A stretch of DNA of 54,428 nt from Candidatus Uhrbacteria bacterium (GTDB taxonomy: Bacteria; Patescibacteriota; Patescibacteriia; JACRJV01): assembly GCA_016215325.1 (NCBI GenBank), contig JACRJV010000017.1, forward strand, positions 1 through 54,428. The letters run 5' to 3'. The notes under the pieces are model-generated. The model saw only the letters and a program-made list of their open reading frames with translations. It made no database searches and was not told the DNA's origin. Positions 10,880 through 19,790 of the stretch are shown piece after piece; position 1 is the stretch's first letter, and every line of letters starts with the position of its first letter. The translations under genes were made by a program, and so were the position numbers.

Positions 10880-11341
10880 ATGCCTGACATCATCGAAATA
10901 CTGACTCGATTGCTGGCGGCAGCAATTTTTGGCGGAGTGTTAGGGTTGGAACGCGAGTATTACGGAAAGTCTGCTGGGGTACGGACCTACGCGTTAGTTG
11001 GGATCGGATCAGCCCTCTTTACACTCTTGAGCCAGTTTGGATTTTCTGGCAGTGGCAGTGACCCAACTCGGATTGCTTCACAAATCGTGGTGGGTATCGG
11101 ATTTTTGGGGGCCGGGCTCATTATCCACCGCGACGTGGCGCATGTAGAAGGATTAACAACGGCCGCTGGCCTCTGGGTTGTGGCATCGATTGGTATGGCA
11201 TTTGGAGTGGGGTGGTATGCCGTTGGAATTCTTGCAGCATGCATTACGTTGATTGTCCTCAATGTCTTTGGACGGGTGCGGTACCGAATGGAGCATCATG
11301 AAGTAGCGAGCAAATCCAGTAAATCTAGTAAATCCAACTAG
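10880..11341 (+). CDS. MgtC/SapB family membrane protein
   Basis: GLERE...AGVRTY...DPTRIASQIVVGIGFLGAG...GLTTAAGLW. Confidence 0.93.
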   Translation: MPDIIEILTRLLAAAIFGGVLGLEREYYGKSAGVRTYALVGIGSALFTLLSQFGFSGSGSDPTRIASQIVVGIGFLGAGLIIHRDVAHVEGLTTAAGLWVVASIGMAFGVGWYAVGILAACITLIVLNVFGRVRYRMEHHEVASKSSKSSKSN

Positions 11342-11408
11342 CCAGCTTTTGACGCAGTGTGCCGTACTGGTTTTACTGGCCAGCCGGATTTACTGGCTAG
11401 ATTTCACT
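11309..11408. repeat. inverted array of nonamers (AGTAAATCC-type), overlapping the mgtC 3' end
   Basis: AGCAAATCC AGTAAATCT AGTAAATCC ... GGTTTTACT GGATTTACT; related arrays at 23205 and 37090. Confidence 0.8.
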
Positions 11409-11416
11409 GTCGGTCT

Positions 11417-12304
11417 ATGAATCCTCAAAGGATCCTTGAATTCCGGCGCAAAGTACTCACGTGGTATCGCACACACAAAGCCGATCTCCCTTGGCGGCAT
11501 ACTCGCGATCCATACAACATCCTCGTGAGCGAAGTTATGCTCCAGCAAACACAAGTTGATCGTGTCCGGCAAAAATGGCCGGAATTTTTGCGTCAATTTC
11601 CAACTCTCCAATCTCTCTCTGTATCCCCAGTCTCGTCGGTCATCCTTGCTTGGAGTGGGATGGGGTATAATCGTCGGGCGTTGTATTTGCAGAAAACCGC
11701 GCAAGCAGTGGTAGGGCGTTTCGGTGGGGAGTTCCCGCAAACACTGGGACAACTGCAAACATTGCCCGGGATTGGTGAGTACACCGCACGCGCCTTGCTC
11801 GTCTTTGCATTTGGGCGAGCCTACATCGCGCCGGATGTGAATGTGTTGAGGATCCTCGGGCGATCGTTTGGCAAGGAAGTAAAGATACGAAGAGATGAGG
11901 ATATGACGCGGCATCTGATTGCGATCGGGGACAACATTGTCACGCCAAAGAATGCCTATGATCTGAACCAGGCGCTCATGGACATGGGCCGTACGGCGTG
12001 CCGAGCGAAACATTCTCAATCCTTGTCTTGCCCGCTTCATGATCATCCGTCATTGAGGGACGAGTTCGTCCCTCAGAGACGAACACAGGGCGAGCCGATG
12101 TTTGCGGGTGTCCCGCGGCGGATTTGGAGAGGGCGAATTATTGAATTAGTACGAACGCAAAAGAAGGCGACATCGGAGCAGATCATTTATCAGTTAGGCA
12201 TTCAAGTTGATGACGACGCTCGAGAATGGCTTCACAACGTATTCAAACAATTGGGTCAGGACGGATTAATCCGCTTCGCAAGCGGAATGGTAACCCTTCC
12301 TTGA
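11417..12304 (+). CDS. mutY: A/G-specific adenine glycosylase (short MutY)
   Basis: DLPWR, VSEVMLQQTQV, WSGMGYNRRA, HhH LPGIGEYTA, DVNV, NQALMDMG. Confidence 0.88.
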   Translation: MNPQRILEFRRKVLTWYRTHKADLPWRHTRDPYNILVSEVMLQQTQVDRVRQKWPEFLRQFPTLQSLSVSPVSSVILAWSGMGYNRRALYLQKTAQAVVGRFGGEFPQTLGQLQTLPGIGEYTARALLVFAFGRAYIAPDVNVLRILGRSFGKEVKIRRDEDMTRHLIAIGDNIVTPKNAYDLNQALMDMGRTACRAKHSQSLSCPLHDHPSLRDEFVPQRRTQGEPMFAGVPRRIWRGRIIELVRTQKKATSEQIIYQLGIQVDDDAREWLHNVFKQLGQDGLIRFASGMVTLP

Positions 12305-12407
12305 CCCCGTTAGAGTCTGGTCAACCAAATGATTTCCCCAAGATGACCGTTGTTCTAAAAAAAATCGAAGTTGTTAAAGACCCCCCTTGTCCAGACGCTA
12401 ACGGAGT
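12304..12407. mobile_element. MITE-like element family D with 17-bp terminal inverted repeats
   Basis: ACCCCGTTAGAGTCTGG ... CCAGACGCTAACGGAGT (15/17) around about 70 nt of unrelated interior; mobility is inferred. Confidence 0.55.
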
Positions 12408-12477
12408 TGACCCATCTGATCGTTGGGTATACCTTATACCATATACTCTATCACCTTATACTTTATCTCTTACGTCT

Positions 12478-13083
12478 ATGCCCTACGAGGCAAAACCGCT
12501 CCCGTTTAAAAAATCGTTAAAGGGAATTTCCGACAAAACGATGCAGATCCACCACGACAAGCTCTATCAGGGGTATGTCGCAAAGATGAACGAGGTCGGG
12601 AATCAGCTTTCGCAATTTTCTCACGGGCAAAAGGATCTTTCTGGTGCCAACCCGACCTATAGCGAGCTGCGTGCCTATAAAGACGCAGAAACCTTTGCAA
12701 CGAATGGAGTGTACCTGCATGAATATTATTTTAACGTCCTGGGCGGGGAGGGGCAGCCGGGCGGAGCGCTTATTGATGGATTGAAAGAACAGTACGGGAG
12801 TCTTGATAATTTCGTAAATTATTTTAAGGCCTGCGGTATGGCGGCACGGGGATGGACGGTACTGTGTTGGGATTCTCATGTTGGAGGGTTGCGGGTGTAT
12901 ACAGCGGATTCTCACAACCAAGGGGGGATTTGGGGCTGCATTCCGATCATTGTTCTGGATGTTTACGAGCACGCGTATTTTATTGATTATGGTTCTGATC
13001 GCAAGACATACATCGAAGATTACATGGCCAACTTGAACTGGGATGCGGCCAATGCGGTGTATGAGAGAGCGAAAAAGTTCTAG
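12478..13083 (+). CDS. sod: Fe/Mn superoxide dismutase
   Basis: IHHDKLYQGYV, LHEYYF, LDVYEHAY metal ligands. Confidence 0.92.
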   Translation: MPYEAKPLPFKKSLKGISDKTMQIHHDKLYQGYVAKMNEVGNQLSQFSHGQKDLSGANPTYSELRAYKDAETFATNGVYLHEYYFNVLGGEGQPGGALIDGLKEQYGSLDNFVNYFKACGMAARGWTVLCWDSHVGGLRVYTADSHNQGGIWGCIPIIVLDVYEHAYFIDYGSDRKTYIEDYMANLNWDAANAVYERAKKF

Positions 13084-13105
13084 GTGCTAGGTTGTAGACA
13101 CCATA

Positions 13106-13134
13106 AAAGGCCGACGGCAATCGTCGGCTTTTTT
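13106..13134 (+). terminator. intrinsic terminator
   Basis: GCCGACG-GCAAT-CGTCGGC followed by a T run. Confidence 0.75.
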
Positions 13135-13205
13135 CATATCCTTATATCATCGCATCTTCATGTCCAGTTGACTCAGCCGCCCCTTAGCGATACGCTTTGA
13201 ATGCT

Positions 13206-13789
13206 ATGATGCGTCGTCTCCTTCGATTGCAACTTGTCGTGACGTTGGCTTTGGGCGCCATTGTGTTGATGGTTTGGTTTTCTGGAAAATTGTTATTACT
13301 CGGGCGCCCCCCGACACAGCCATTGCGTACCGTTAACAGTACAACTTCTATGAATATTAGCAGCCCTGCGTTCGAACATAATACGCCGATACCCTCAAAA
13401 TATACATGCGATGGTGAAAAGACGAGTCCGCCGCTGCTGATAACGAATATCCCACCTGGGGCAAAAAGTTTGGCGTTGATCGTGGATGACCCCGATGCGC
13501 CGATGGGTACATGGGTCCATTGGATACTGTGGAATATCGATCCAAAGACAACCATGATTGAAGCGGGGAGTGTGCCGCAGGGGGCGACCCAAGGCCGGAC
13601 CAGTTCCAACACAAATAAGTATGCCCCCCTTGCCCGCCCAGCGGCACGCATCGGTATTTCTTTAAGCTTTATGCCTTGGACGCGATACTGAATGTGCTGC
13701 CAAACGCCGATACGGGTGCCTTAGAACAAGCCATGCAAGGCCATGTTCTGGCGTCGGCAGAACTCATGGGGACGTATCAGCGGCAATAG
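13206..13789 (+). pseudogene. YbhB/YbcL (PEBP/Raf kinase inhibitor-like) protein, frameshifted at C6 run 13624-13629
   Basis: YTCDG, DDPDAP, WVHW in frame 1; CPPSGTHRYFFKLYALD...AELMGTYQRQ* continues in the -1 frame. Confidence 0.85.
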
Positions 13790-13883
13790 ACAAACTTACA
13801 AACTTGAGAATGTGAGAATGTTGTGGTGATATGCCAAAACAAGAATTCCTGCCGGTGCCGGTTGATGCTCATGCAGCGCTACT

Positions 13884-14483
13884 ATGATTCACCTTTATAC
13901 TGGCAATGGAAAAGGGAAGACAACGGCAGCGCTGGGGTTGGCAATGCGAGCAATCGGAGATGGCAAAAAAGTGTTCATGATCCAGTTTATCAAAGGCCCC
14001 TGGCCTTCTGGCGAAGACAAAAGCCATAAGGTGTTTGGTGAGCGCTTTGTATTGGTAAAGGGCGGCAAAGGGTTTGTGGGGATTTTGAACGATACGCTGC
14101 CGCGCAGTGAGCATGAGCAGGCGGCACGCAAAACGCTCGAGCGAGCGGAGATAGAGATAGAGACCGGGGAGTGGGATATCGTGATTCTCGATGAAGTCAA
14201 TGTTGCGTGCGATTTGAATTTAATAGCTTCACAGGATGTGATTGATGTGGTGGGGCGGTTTTCGCAACGTCATCCTGAGTCCGCCAAGGCGGGGGAAGGA
14301 TCTCGTCGAGATTCTTCGGCCGGGCCTCAGAATGACGGAAAACAGAAACCAGAACTCATCATTTTGACCGGTCGCAATGCGCCCAAAGAATTTTACGAAA
14401 TTGCCGACCTTGTTACCGAGATGCAAGAGGTGAAGCATTACTATAACGAGGGGCAAATAGCCAAACGCGGCGTGGAATTTTGA
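13884..14483 (+). CDS. cobO: cob(I)alamin adenosyltransferase CobO/BtuR with an in-frame palindromic insert
   Basis: YTGNGKGKTTAALG, QFIKG, ILDEVN, LTGRNAP, ADLVTEM, KH, GVEF. Confidence 0.92.
   Translation: MIHLYTGNGKGKTTAALGLAMRAIGDGKKVFMIQFIKGPWPSGEDKSHKVFGERFVLVKGGKGFVGILNDTLPRSEHEQAARKTLERAEIEIETGEWDIVILDEVNVACDLNLIASQDVIDVVGRFSQRHPESAKAGEGSRRDSSAGPQNDGKQKPELIILTGRNAPKEFYEIADLVTEMQEVKHYYNEGQIAKRGVEF
14268..14337. repeat. palindromic element family A (GTCAT...ATGAC) inside cobO
   Basis: CGTCATCCTGAG/CTCAGAATGACG outer stem, GAAGGATCTCG/CGAGATTCTTC inner stem, CCGCC-AA-GGCGG side hairpin. Confidence 0.85.
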
Positions 14484-14544
14484 TCCAAACGATTCTTCAT
14501 CTCTTTATATCTTCATCTCCTAATTTCTGGTCTTGAAATGGAGA

Positions 14545-14587
14545 GGAGCCGACAGCGTGCGCGATGAGGCGCGACGCTATCGGCTCC
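14545..14587 (-). terminator. GC-rich hairpin downstream of the small basic ORF
   Basis: GGAGCCGA...TCGGCTCC long imperfect stem; U tail weak. Confidence 0.5.
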
Positions 14588-14606
14588 AGATTGACTTACG
14601 ACCCCT

Positions 14607-14843
14607 CTACGAGATGAGGGGGTTCTCGTAGTGGCCGTTCGCCTCTGCGATCGTCGGCATAGGCCACTTCTTGTGAGCCGTGTCGAGGCGTCCGCTGCGC
14701 CTCTTGAACTTCGGCTTGGAGTTCTTGCAACTCTTCTTTTTGTCGAGCGCCTTGAGCGCCTCGACCTTGCCAGCGTGGCTGTTACCGGTGCGGCCATCGA
14801 CCGAGAGGCCGGGGGCCTTGTTCCCCGTGCGGATCCTGGGCAT
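14607..14843 (-). CDS. small Lys/Arg-rich orphan protein (78 aa)
   Basis: SD-like AAGGGAGG before ATG at 14843; only 9 of 78 codons end in A/T; own promoter and downstream hairpin. Confidence 0.7.
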   Translation of the reverse strand: MPRIRTGNKAPGLSVDGRTGNSHAGKVEALKALDKKKSCKNSKPKFKRRSGRLDTAHKKWPMPTIAEANGHYENPLIS

Positions 14844-14946
14844 CGCTGCCCCTCCCTTGTGTGAGTCCATTGCGCAGACTTCTGGTCGGCCACTGCGCTT
14901 GGCCAGGTACTCTTTGAAACGAAAGATTGCACGAAAAGTGCCCGTG

Positions 14947-15000
14947 ATTTTACCCCAGGCGTTCATTTCTGTCAATATTGTGGATAACGATTGTGGATAA
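14947..15000 (-). promoter_or_regulatory. sigma70 promoter with two adjacent perfect DnaA boxes
   Basis: Minus strand TTATCCACA (15000-14992), TTATCCACA (14987-14979), then TTGACA-17nt-TAAAAT. Confidence 0.75.
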
Positions 15001-15084
15001 CGAAAAACGACCCTTTTCGAGTCGTTTTATTCTTCGAGCGAGGGCTGATTCGATCAGCTCGAGTTGTGAAGTGTGCCGTATCGT

Positions 15085-15513
15085 TTACACTGCCATCTTT
15101 TGGGGGTGATCCGGTGTATTGTGAGGAGATTGGTTTTTTGGTTTGGGCGCGAAGTCATTATCTAATGGGCTTTGGAGAGGGATTCCTGTTTTTTCGATAA
15201 ACAAAACAAAAACATTTTCAAGATCTCGTTTTTCATCCTCGGATAAATGATGCTCCGCTGCCGTTGGATTGAGTCGATTGCTCTCCCATTTGTCCATTAG
15301 GTCTTGCCATTGACTCGCATCCATGCCGGTCACTTCCTGCCCCTTGGCAAGAAATTCATCCACGCATACGGGCAGAGCCATTAATTCGCGCATGAGCATG
15401 GGTTTGTACTGATTATGTTGCCCATGGGTGGGGGAGTCTCCAACAAAAACAAGGCTTTGGATTAATTTCCTAGCTTCTTGTTCTCGAGAAGATTGTTCGA
15501 ATTGATGAGCCAT
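15085..15513 (-). CDS. hypothetical protein
   Basis: 142-aa ORF co-oriented after the suf operon, followed by hairpin AAACGACTCGAAAAGGGTCGTTTTT. Confidence 0.55.
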   Translation of the reverse strand: MAHQFEQSSREQEARKLIQSLVFVGDSPTHGQHNQYKPMLMRELMALPVCVDEFLAKGQEVTGMDASQWQDLMDKWESNRLNPTAAEHHLSEDEKRDLENVFVLFIEKTGIPLQSPLDNDFAPKPKNQSPHNTPDHPQKMAV

Positions 15514-15562
15514 AACAGTCTTTTTACATTGCGGATTGTTCAGCGTTGTTTCCGCATTTTGA

Positions 15563-15898
15563 TCAGCGTGCATCCGCTTCTATCGTATCTTCTTTATACA
15601 TCGGGAACACTTCGGCGCGCAAGTCTGGATCCATCATCTTGATGGAATACGGGGGGTCCCACACAATGTTGACGTTGACATTGGTGACTCCCTCGAGCCC
15701 TGCAACTTTTTGGGTAACGTCGCGCACGATCGTATCGGCCAGGGGACAGCCCGGTGAAGTAAGGGTCGCATCAACTTCCACAGCGCCTCCATCCAAAACT
15801 CGCACATCGTACACGAGCCCAAGTGAAACGATGTCGTATCCCAGTTCGGGGTCGTAGACATGTTTGAGAGCTTCGGTGATGGAATCCTTATTGAGCAT
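15563..15898 (-). CDS. metal-sulfur cluster assembly factor (DUF59/SufT-PaaD family)
   Basis: VYDPELGYDIVSLGLVY, TLTSPGCP, WDPPYS. Confidence 0.92.
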   Translation of the reverse strand: MLNKDSITEALKHVYDPELGYDIVSLGLVYDVRVLDGGAVEVDATLTSPGCPLADTIVRDVTQKVAGLEGVTNVNVNIVWDPPYSIKMMDPDLRAEVFPMYKEDTIEADAR

Positions 15899-15914
15899 AA
15901 TCAGGTTCTAGGGA

Positions 15915-16349
15915 CTAGGTTCTAGAAGTCGCCGCCGCCGTTCTATTATTTGCATCTAGAACCTGGCGACTAGAATCTGGCACCCGGTCGTTGAGTGCTT
16001 TCTTCAGTGTCATCAATCCCAGGGTTGCGCACTTCATGCGCGCAGGTCCAACGGTGATGCCGAGCATTTCAAGGATGTCTTTCTCGCTAAGATTTTTTGC
16101 TTGTGCCGCATCCATCCCTTTGATCTTGTCGGTGAGCATGGAAGTGCTGGCTTGGGAAATGGCACACCCTTGGCCCTGGAATCGAACGTCGCTGACGCGA
16201 TCATTGGTGATTATGAGGTCCATGACCACGCTATCCCCGCAACTCGTATTCACCTCTTTGGCCGATACGGTTGCGCCGTGGAGCGTTCCCGCATTATGCG
16301 GGTTCCAATAATGGTCGAGAATTTCTTGCTTGTAGAGGTCGTCGGACAT
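15915..16349 (-). CDS. sufU: SUF system NifU-like scaffold/sulfur transfer protein
   Basis: LYKQEILDH, NTSCGD, GCAISQAS, RMKCA; tail derived from heptamer repeats. Confidence 0.92.
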   Translation of the reverse strand: MSDDLYKQEILDHYWNPHNAGTLHGATVSAKEVNTSCGDSVVMDLIITNDRVSDVRFQGQGCAISQASTSMLTDKIKGMDAAQAKNLSEKDILEMLGITVGPARMKCATLGLMTLKKALNDRVPDSSRQVLDANNRTAAATSRT

Positions 16350-16359
16350 ACATCAGCGA

Positions 16360-16446
16360 GATAAGTAAATTAAGCAAGATAAGAACGATCGCGATGGCAG
16401 CTTAATTTACTTATGTTACTTGTCTTGCTTATCTTGCTCGTTTATC
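16360..16446. repeat. inverted array of degenerate nonamers (TAAGTAAAT/TAAGCAAGA)
   Basis: ATAAGTAAATTAAGC...GCTTAATTTACTTAT; related tract at 29566-29610. Confidence 0.7.
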
Positions 16447-17704
16447 GTTGCCAAAGGTTTTTGGCTGGCACTTGTACCGTCACGGTCGGATGGAACATCT
16501 TCCACGCCGTTTGGAGCGCCTTGGCGAGTTGATCGACTTCTTTTTTGATGTTGTAACAGGCAAAGCTTGCCCGCGCTGTAGCGGGGATTCCTAATCGCGT
16601 CATCAGCGGCATGGCACAATGCGTGCCGGATCTGACGGCAACTCCCTCGCGGTCCAACAATGTGGCAATATCATGGGGGTGCACGCCATCCATGGTCATC
16701 GAAATAACGCCCAAGCGGTTGACCGCTGTGTTGGGCCCATGAATAGTGATGCCAGGGACCTGCTTGAGGGTATCCAGTGCATACTGTGTGAGTTCGCGCT
16801 CTTGCGCCTCCAATGTATCCCACCCCACGGATTGCATCCAATCCACTGCCGCTGCCCATCCAATCGCGCCCGCAATGTGCGGTGTGCCCGGCTCAAATTT
16901 CCACGGCAGATCATTCCAGGTGGCATCAAACGCTTCGACAGAACGGATCATGTCTCCGCCGAAACTCACCGGTTCCAGCAGTTCGAGAATTTCATGTTTT
17001 CCGTAGAACCCCCCCATCCCAGTCGGTCCGTACATTTTATGCGAAGATACGGCATAGAAGTCCACATCAAGACTGCGCAGATTCAAGGGCAGGTGAGCGC
17101 TGGATTGCGCGCCGTCCACCACCACGAGCGCTCCCGCTTGGTGGGCGGCTCGCACCATGGCCGCCACGGGGTTGATAGTGCCTAGCACGTTTGAGCAATG
17201 GTTGACCGCCACAATTTTTGTGTTGCCACTCAAGATCCGCTCCAGGGCATCCATATCCCACCGCCCCTCGTCGGTAATAGGCAGTATTTTGAGCACCGCC
17301 CCTGTCCGTTTCACTAACTGTTGCCAGGGGACGAGATTAGAGTGGTGCTCCATCTGGGTGGCAAGGATTTCATCATTGGGTTTGAGTCTGGGCTCCAGCA
17401 TCCGAGCGACAATATTGATCGAGTCGCTCGTGCCGCGCGTAAAAATAAATTCTTCCGGGGTTGCGCCAAAAAAACGGGCGATCCGTTCTCGACCGTCTTC
17501 GTAAGCCGTGGAAGCTTGTTCGCTCAAGGCGTGCATGCCGCGATGGACATTGGCATTGTATTGGGTATAAAAATCAGTGATCGCCTTGACAACAGATTGT
17601 GGCTTCTGTGTGGTTGCGGCGTTATCAAGGTACGCAAGGGGGTTGTTATTGATCTTACGCTTGAGTATTGGAAACTGTGATCGTATCGATGCCGCCGTGT
17701 GCAT
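16442..17704 (-). CDS. sufS: cysteine desulfurase SufS
   Basis: YLDNAATTQKP, NANVHRG, SSHKMYGPTG, RSGTHCA. Confidence 0.96.
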   Translation of the reverse strand: MHTAASIRSQFPILKRKINNNPLAYLDNAATTQKPQSVVKAITDFYTQYNANVHRGMHALSEQASTAYEDGRERIARFFGATPEEFIFTRGTSDSINIVARMLEPRLKPNDEILATQMEHHSNLVPWQQLVKRTGAVLKILPITDEGRWDMDALERILSGNTKIVAVNHCSNVLGTINPVAAMVRAAHQAGALVVVDGAQSSAHLPLNLRSLDVDFYAVSSHKMYGPTGMGGFYGKHEILELLEPVSFGGDMIRSVEAFDATWNDLPWKFEPGTPHIAGAIGWAAAVDWMQSVGWDTLEAQERELTQYALDTLKQVPGITIHGPNTAVNRLGVISMTMDGVHPHDIATLLDREGVAVRSGTHCAMPLMTRLGIPATARASFACYNIKKEVDQLAKALQTAWKMFHPTVTVQVPAKNLWQR

Positions 17705-17832
17705 AGTGTTGAGGTAACATTTATTTTGATTGTAGCAATCGCGCTCTAAAACAACAACCGTCTCGACTGCTCATTTGTCGATGCCGCGTTGTGGCTGCTC
17801 CTGCTCATCCAACGAGTGATCTCCCACACATC

Positions 17833-18408
17833 TTAAGCTGCTACAAGTCGTGCAATTTCGGATTGCATTGCTGGATCGCTCACTCGATCGAGTAATTGCT
17901 GGAAAAATCCTTGAGTGAGTATCTGCGTAGCCTCCTCTACGGTGAGTCCGCGGCTTTGAAGATAAAAAAGTTGTTGTTCATCGACCCGACCAATGGCTGC
18001 GGCATGACCTGCTTTGAGCGGGTGTTCTTCGATTTCCAGGGAGGGCGTTGCGGTTGCTCGCGCTTTGTCAAATAGTAATGCTCGGTATTCCAGAAAACTC
18101 TCGGTGTTGATTGCCCCGCTTGGAATGATGACATTGCCCAGAAACGAATTGTTCGTTTGGCCTTTGAGCACCGATCGCACCCTCGCTTGGCTCTTCGATT
18201 CTTTCCCGCGATGATGAATCGTTATTGTTAAGGGTATCGCGGAGTTCCGGATTGCGGCAACCCACGTCAATATTTCAACCGAGGAATATTCTTGCAAGGT
18301 GACCGTTACTGTTGCTGGTTGTGTATAATCATCCAGGATCAACAGCAGTTGCCGTGATTGATGGGGCTCGATCGTAAGGTTGAGGTCAGAAGGATTGTGA
18401 TAAAGCAT
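17833..18408 (-). CDS. sufD: short SufD-like Fe-S assembly protein
   Basis: PSLEI...AGHAAAIG...QLFYLQSRGL...GF, located between sufB and sufS. Confidence 0.82.
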   Translation of the reverse strand: MLYHNPSDLNLTIEPHQSRQLLLILDDYTQPATVTVTLQEYSSVEILTWVAAIRNSAIPLTITIHHRGKESKSQARVRSVLKGQTNNSFLGNVIIPSGAINTESFLEYRALLFDKARATATPSLEIEEHPLKAGHAAAIGRVDEQQLFYLQSRGLTVEEATQILTQGFFQQLLDRVSDPAMQSEIARLVAA

Positions 18409-18410
18409 AG

Positions 18411-19790
18411 TCAGCCCACTGCCCCCGTCATCTCCATTTGGATCAAGCGGTTGAGTTCCAGCGCATACTCCATGGGCAGTGTCCGAACAATGGGCTCGAT
18501 AAAGCCATTCACAATCAAGCTCCGACTTTTGCCCTCGTCCAGGCCCCGGCTCATCAAGTAGAATAGTTGCTGTTCATTGATTTTGCTCACGCTGGCTTCA
18601 TGCGTTGTCGTGGTGTATTCGTTGCGGATGTCCATCGTGGGGTAGGTATCGCTGCGCGAGTGCCCGTCGACCAGTAGGGCATCGCACTGCACATGGGATT
18701 TACAATGATGCGCTTGCGGATACACTTTGACGAGCCCCCGATACGATGTGCGACCCGATCCTTTACTAATGGACTTTGAAACAATGGTGGAGCTGGTGTG
18801 GGGGGCGATATGCACGGCTTTGCCGCCGGCATCTTGGTGCTGCCCGGAGCCGGCCATTGCCAGTGAGAGGATCTCGCCGCGCGCCCCGGGCTCCATCAGA
18901 TAGACGCTGGGGTATTTCATGGTGAGCTTGGAGCCGAGGTTTCCATCGATCCATTCCATGACCCCATCGCCATAGACATAGGCGCGTTTGGTGACAAGGT
19001 TGTAGACGTTTTGCGACCAATTTTGAATAGTGGTGTAGCGCACGCGCGCGCCGCGCTTGACAATAATTTCAACGACCGCGCTATGGAGAGAGTCGGTAGT
19101 GTAATTGGGCGCCGTGCATCCCTCGACGTAGTGCACGCTTGAGTCTTCATCGGCGATGATGAGTGTGCGCTCGAATTGCCCCATGTTGCGGGCATTGATG
19201 CGGAAGTAGGCTTGCAGCGGGAGCGCTACATTCACCCCCTTTGGCACATAGATAAAACTCCCCCCGCTCCACACCGCCGAGTTGAGCGCGGAGAATTTAT
19301 TATCCGCGCTCGGGATAATAGTGCCAAAATATTGCTTGAACAGTTCCGGGTGCTGTTTGAGGGCAGTATCGGTATCCAAAAAAATAACCCCTTGTTTTTG
19401 CAATTGGTCATGGAGGGAATGGTAGACGACTTCACTGTCGTATTGGCTGCCGACGCCGGCAAGGAATTTTTTTTCTGCTTCCGGAATACCCAACCGATCA
19501 AACGTGGTTTTAATGTCTTGGGGTACGTCCTCCCATCGTTTTTCGACGCGATCAGAGGGCTTAATGTAGTAATAGATTTCGTCAAAGTTGATTTGGGCAA
19601 CGTCGCCGCCCCAGGTAGGCAGGGGTTTGGACTCAAACATCTCTAACGCTTTGAGGCGGAATTCCAGCATCCAATCTGGCTCCCCTTTGATATGGGATAA
19701 TTCTTGGACAACCCGTTTGTTCAGCCCCTTCTGGGATTTGAACACCGGCCGCTCGGGCATAGCGAAGCCAACATCATTGGTATTTGCCAT
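18411..19790 (-). CDS. sufB: Fe-S cluster assembly protein SufB
   Basis: [38 protein letters not shown]; ATG at 19790 preceded by AAGGA. Confidence 0.97.
   Translation of the reverse strand: MANTNDVGFAMPERPVFKSQKGLNKRVVQELSHIKGEPDWMLEFRLKALEMFESKPLPTWGGDVAQINFDEIYYYIKPSDRVEKRWEDVPQDIKTTFDRLGIPEAEKKFLAGVGSQYDSEVVYHSLHDQLQKQGVIFLDTDTALKQHPELFKQYFGTIIPSADNKFSALNSAVWSGGSFIYVPKGVNVALPLQAYFRINARNMGQFERTLIIADEDSSVHYVEGCTAPNYTTDSLHSAVVEIIVKRGARVRYTTIQNWSQNVYNLVTKRAYVYGDGVMEWIDGNLGSKLTMKYPSVYLMEPGARGEILSLAMAGSGQHQDAGGKAVHIAPHTSSTIVSKSISKGSGRTSYRGLVKVYPQAHHCKSHVQCDALLVDGHSRSDTYPTMDIRNEYTTTTHEASVSKINEQQLFYLMSRGLDEGKSRSLIVNGFIEPIVRTLPMEYALELNRLIQMEMTGAVG

Noticed and set aside
12226-12477. 84-aa N-terminal extension of SOD in the ORF track
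   Set aside because: It overlaps mutY and reads through the family D element and a heptamer tract; homology starts at ATG 12478. Similar false extensions apply to mgtC, mutY, argH, doxX and the SLOG gene.
14979-15000. Replication origin
   Set aside because: Only two DnaA boxes, with no AT-rich unwinding element or dnaA/dnaN nearby; better read as a promoter-associated site.
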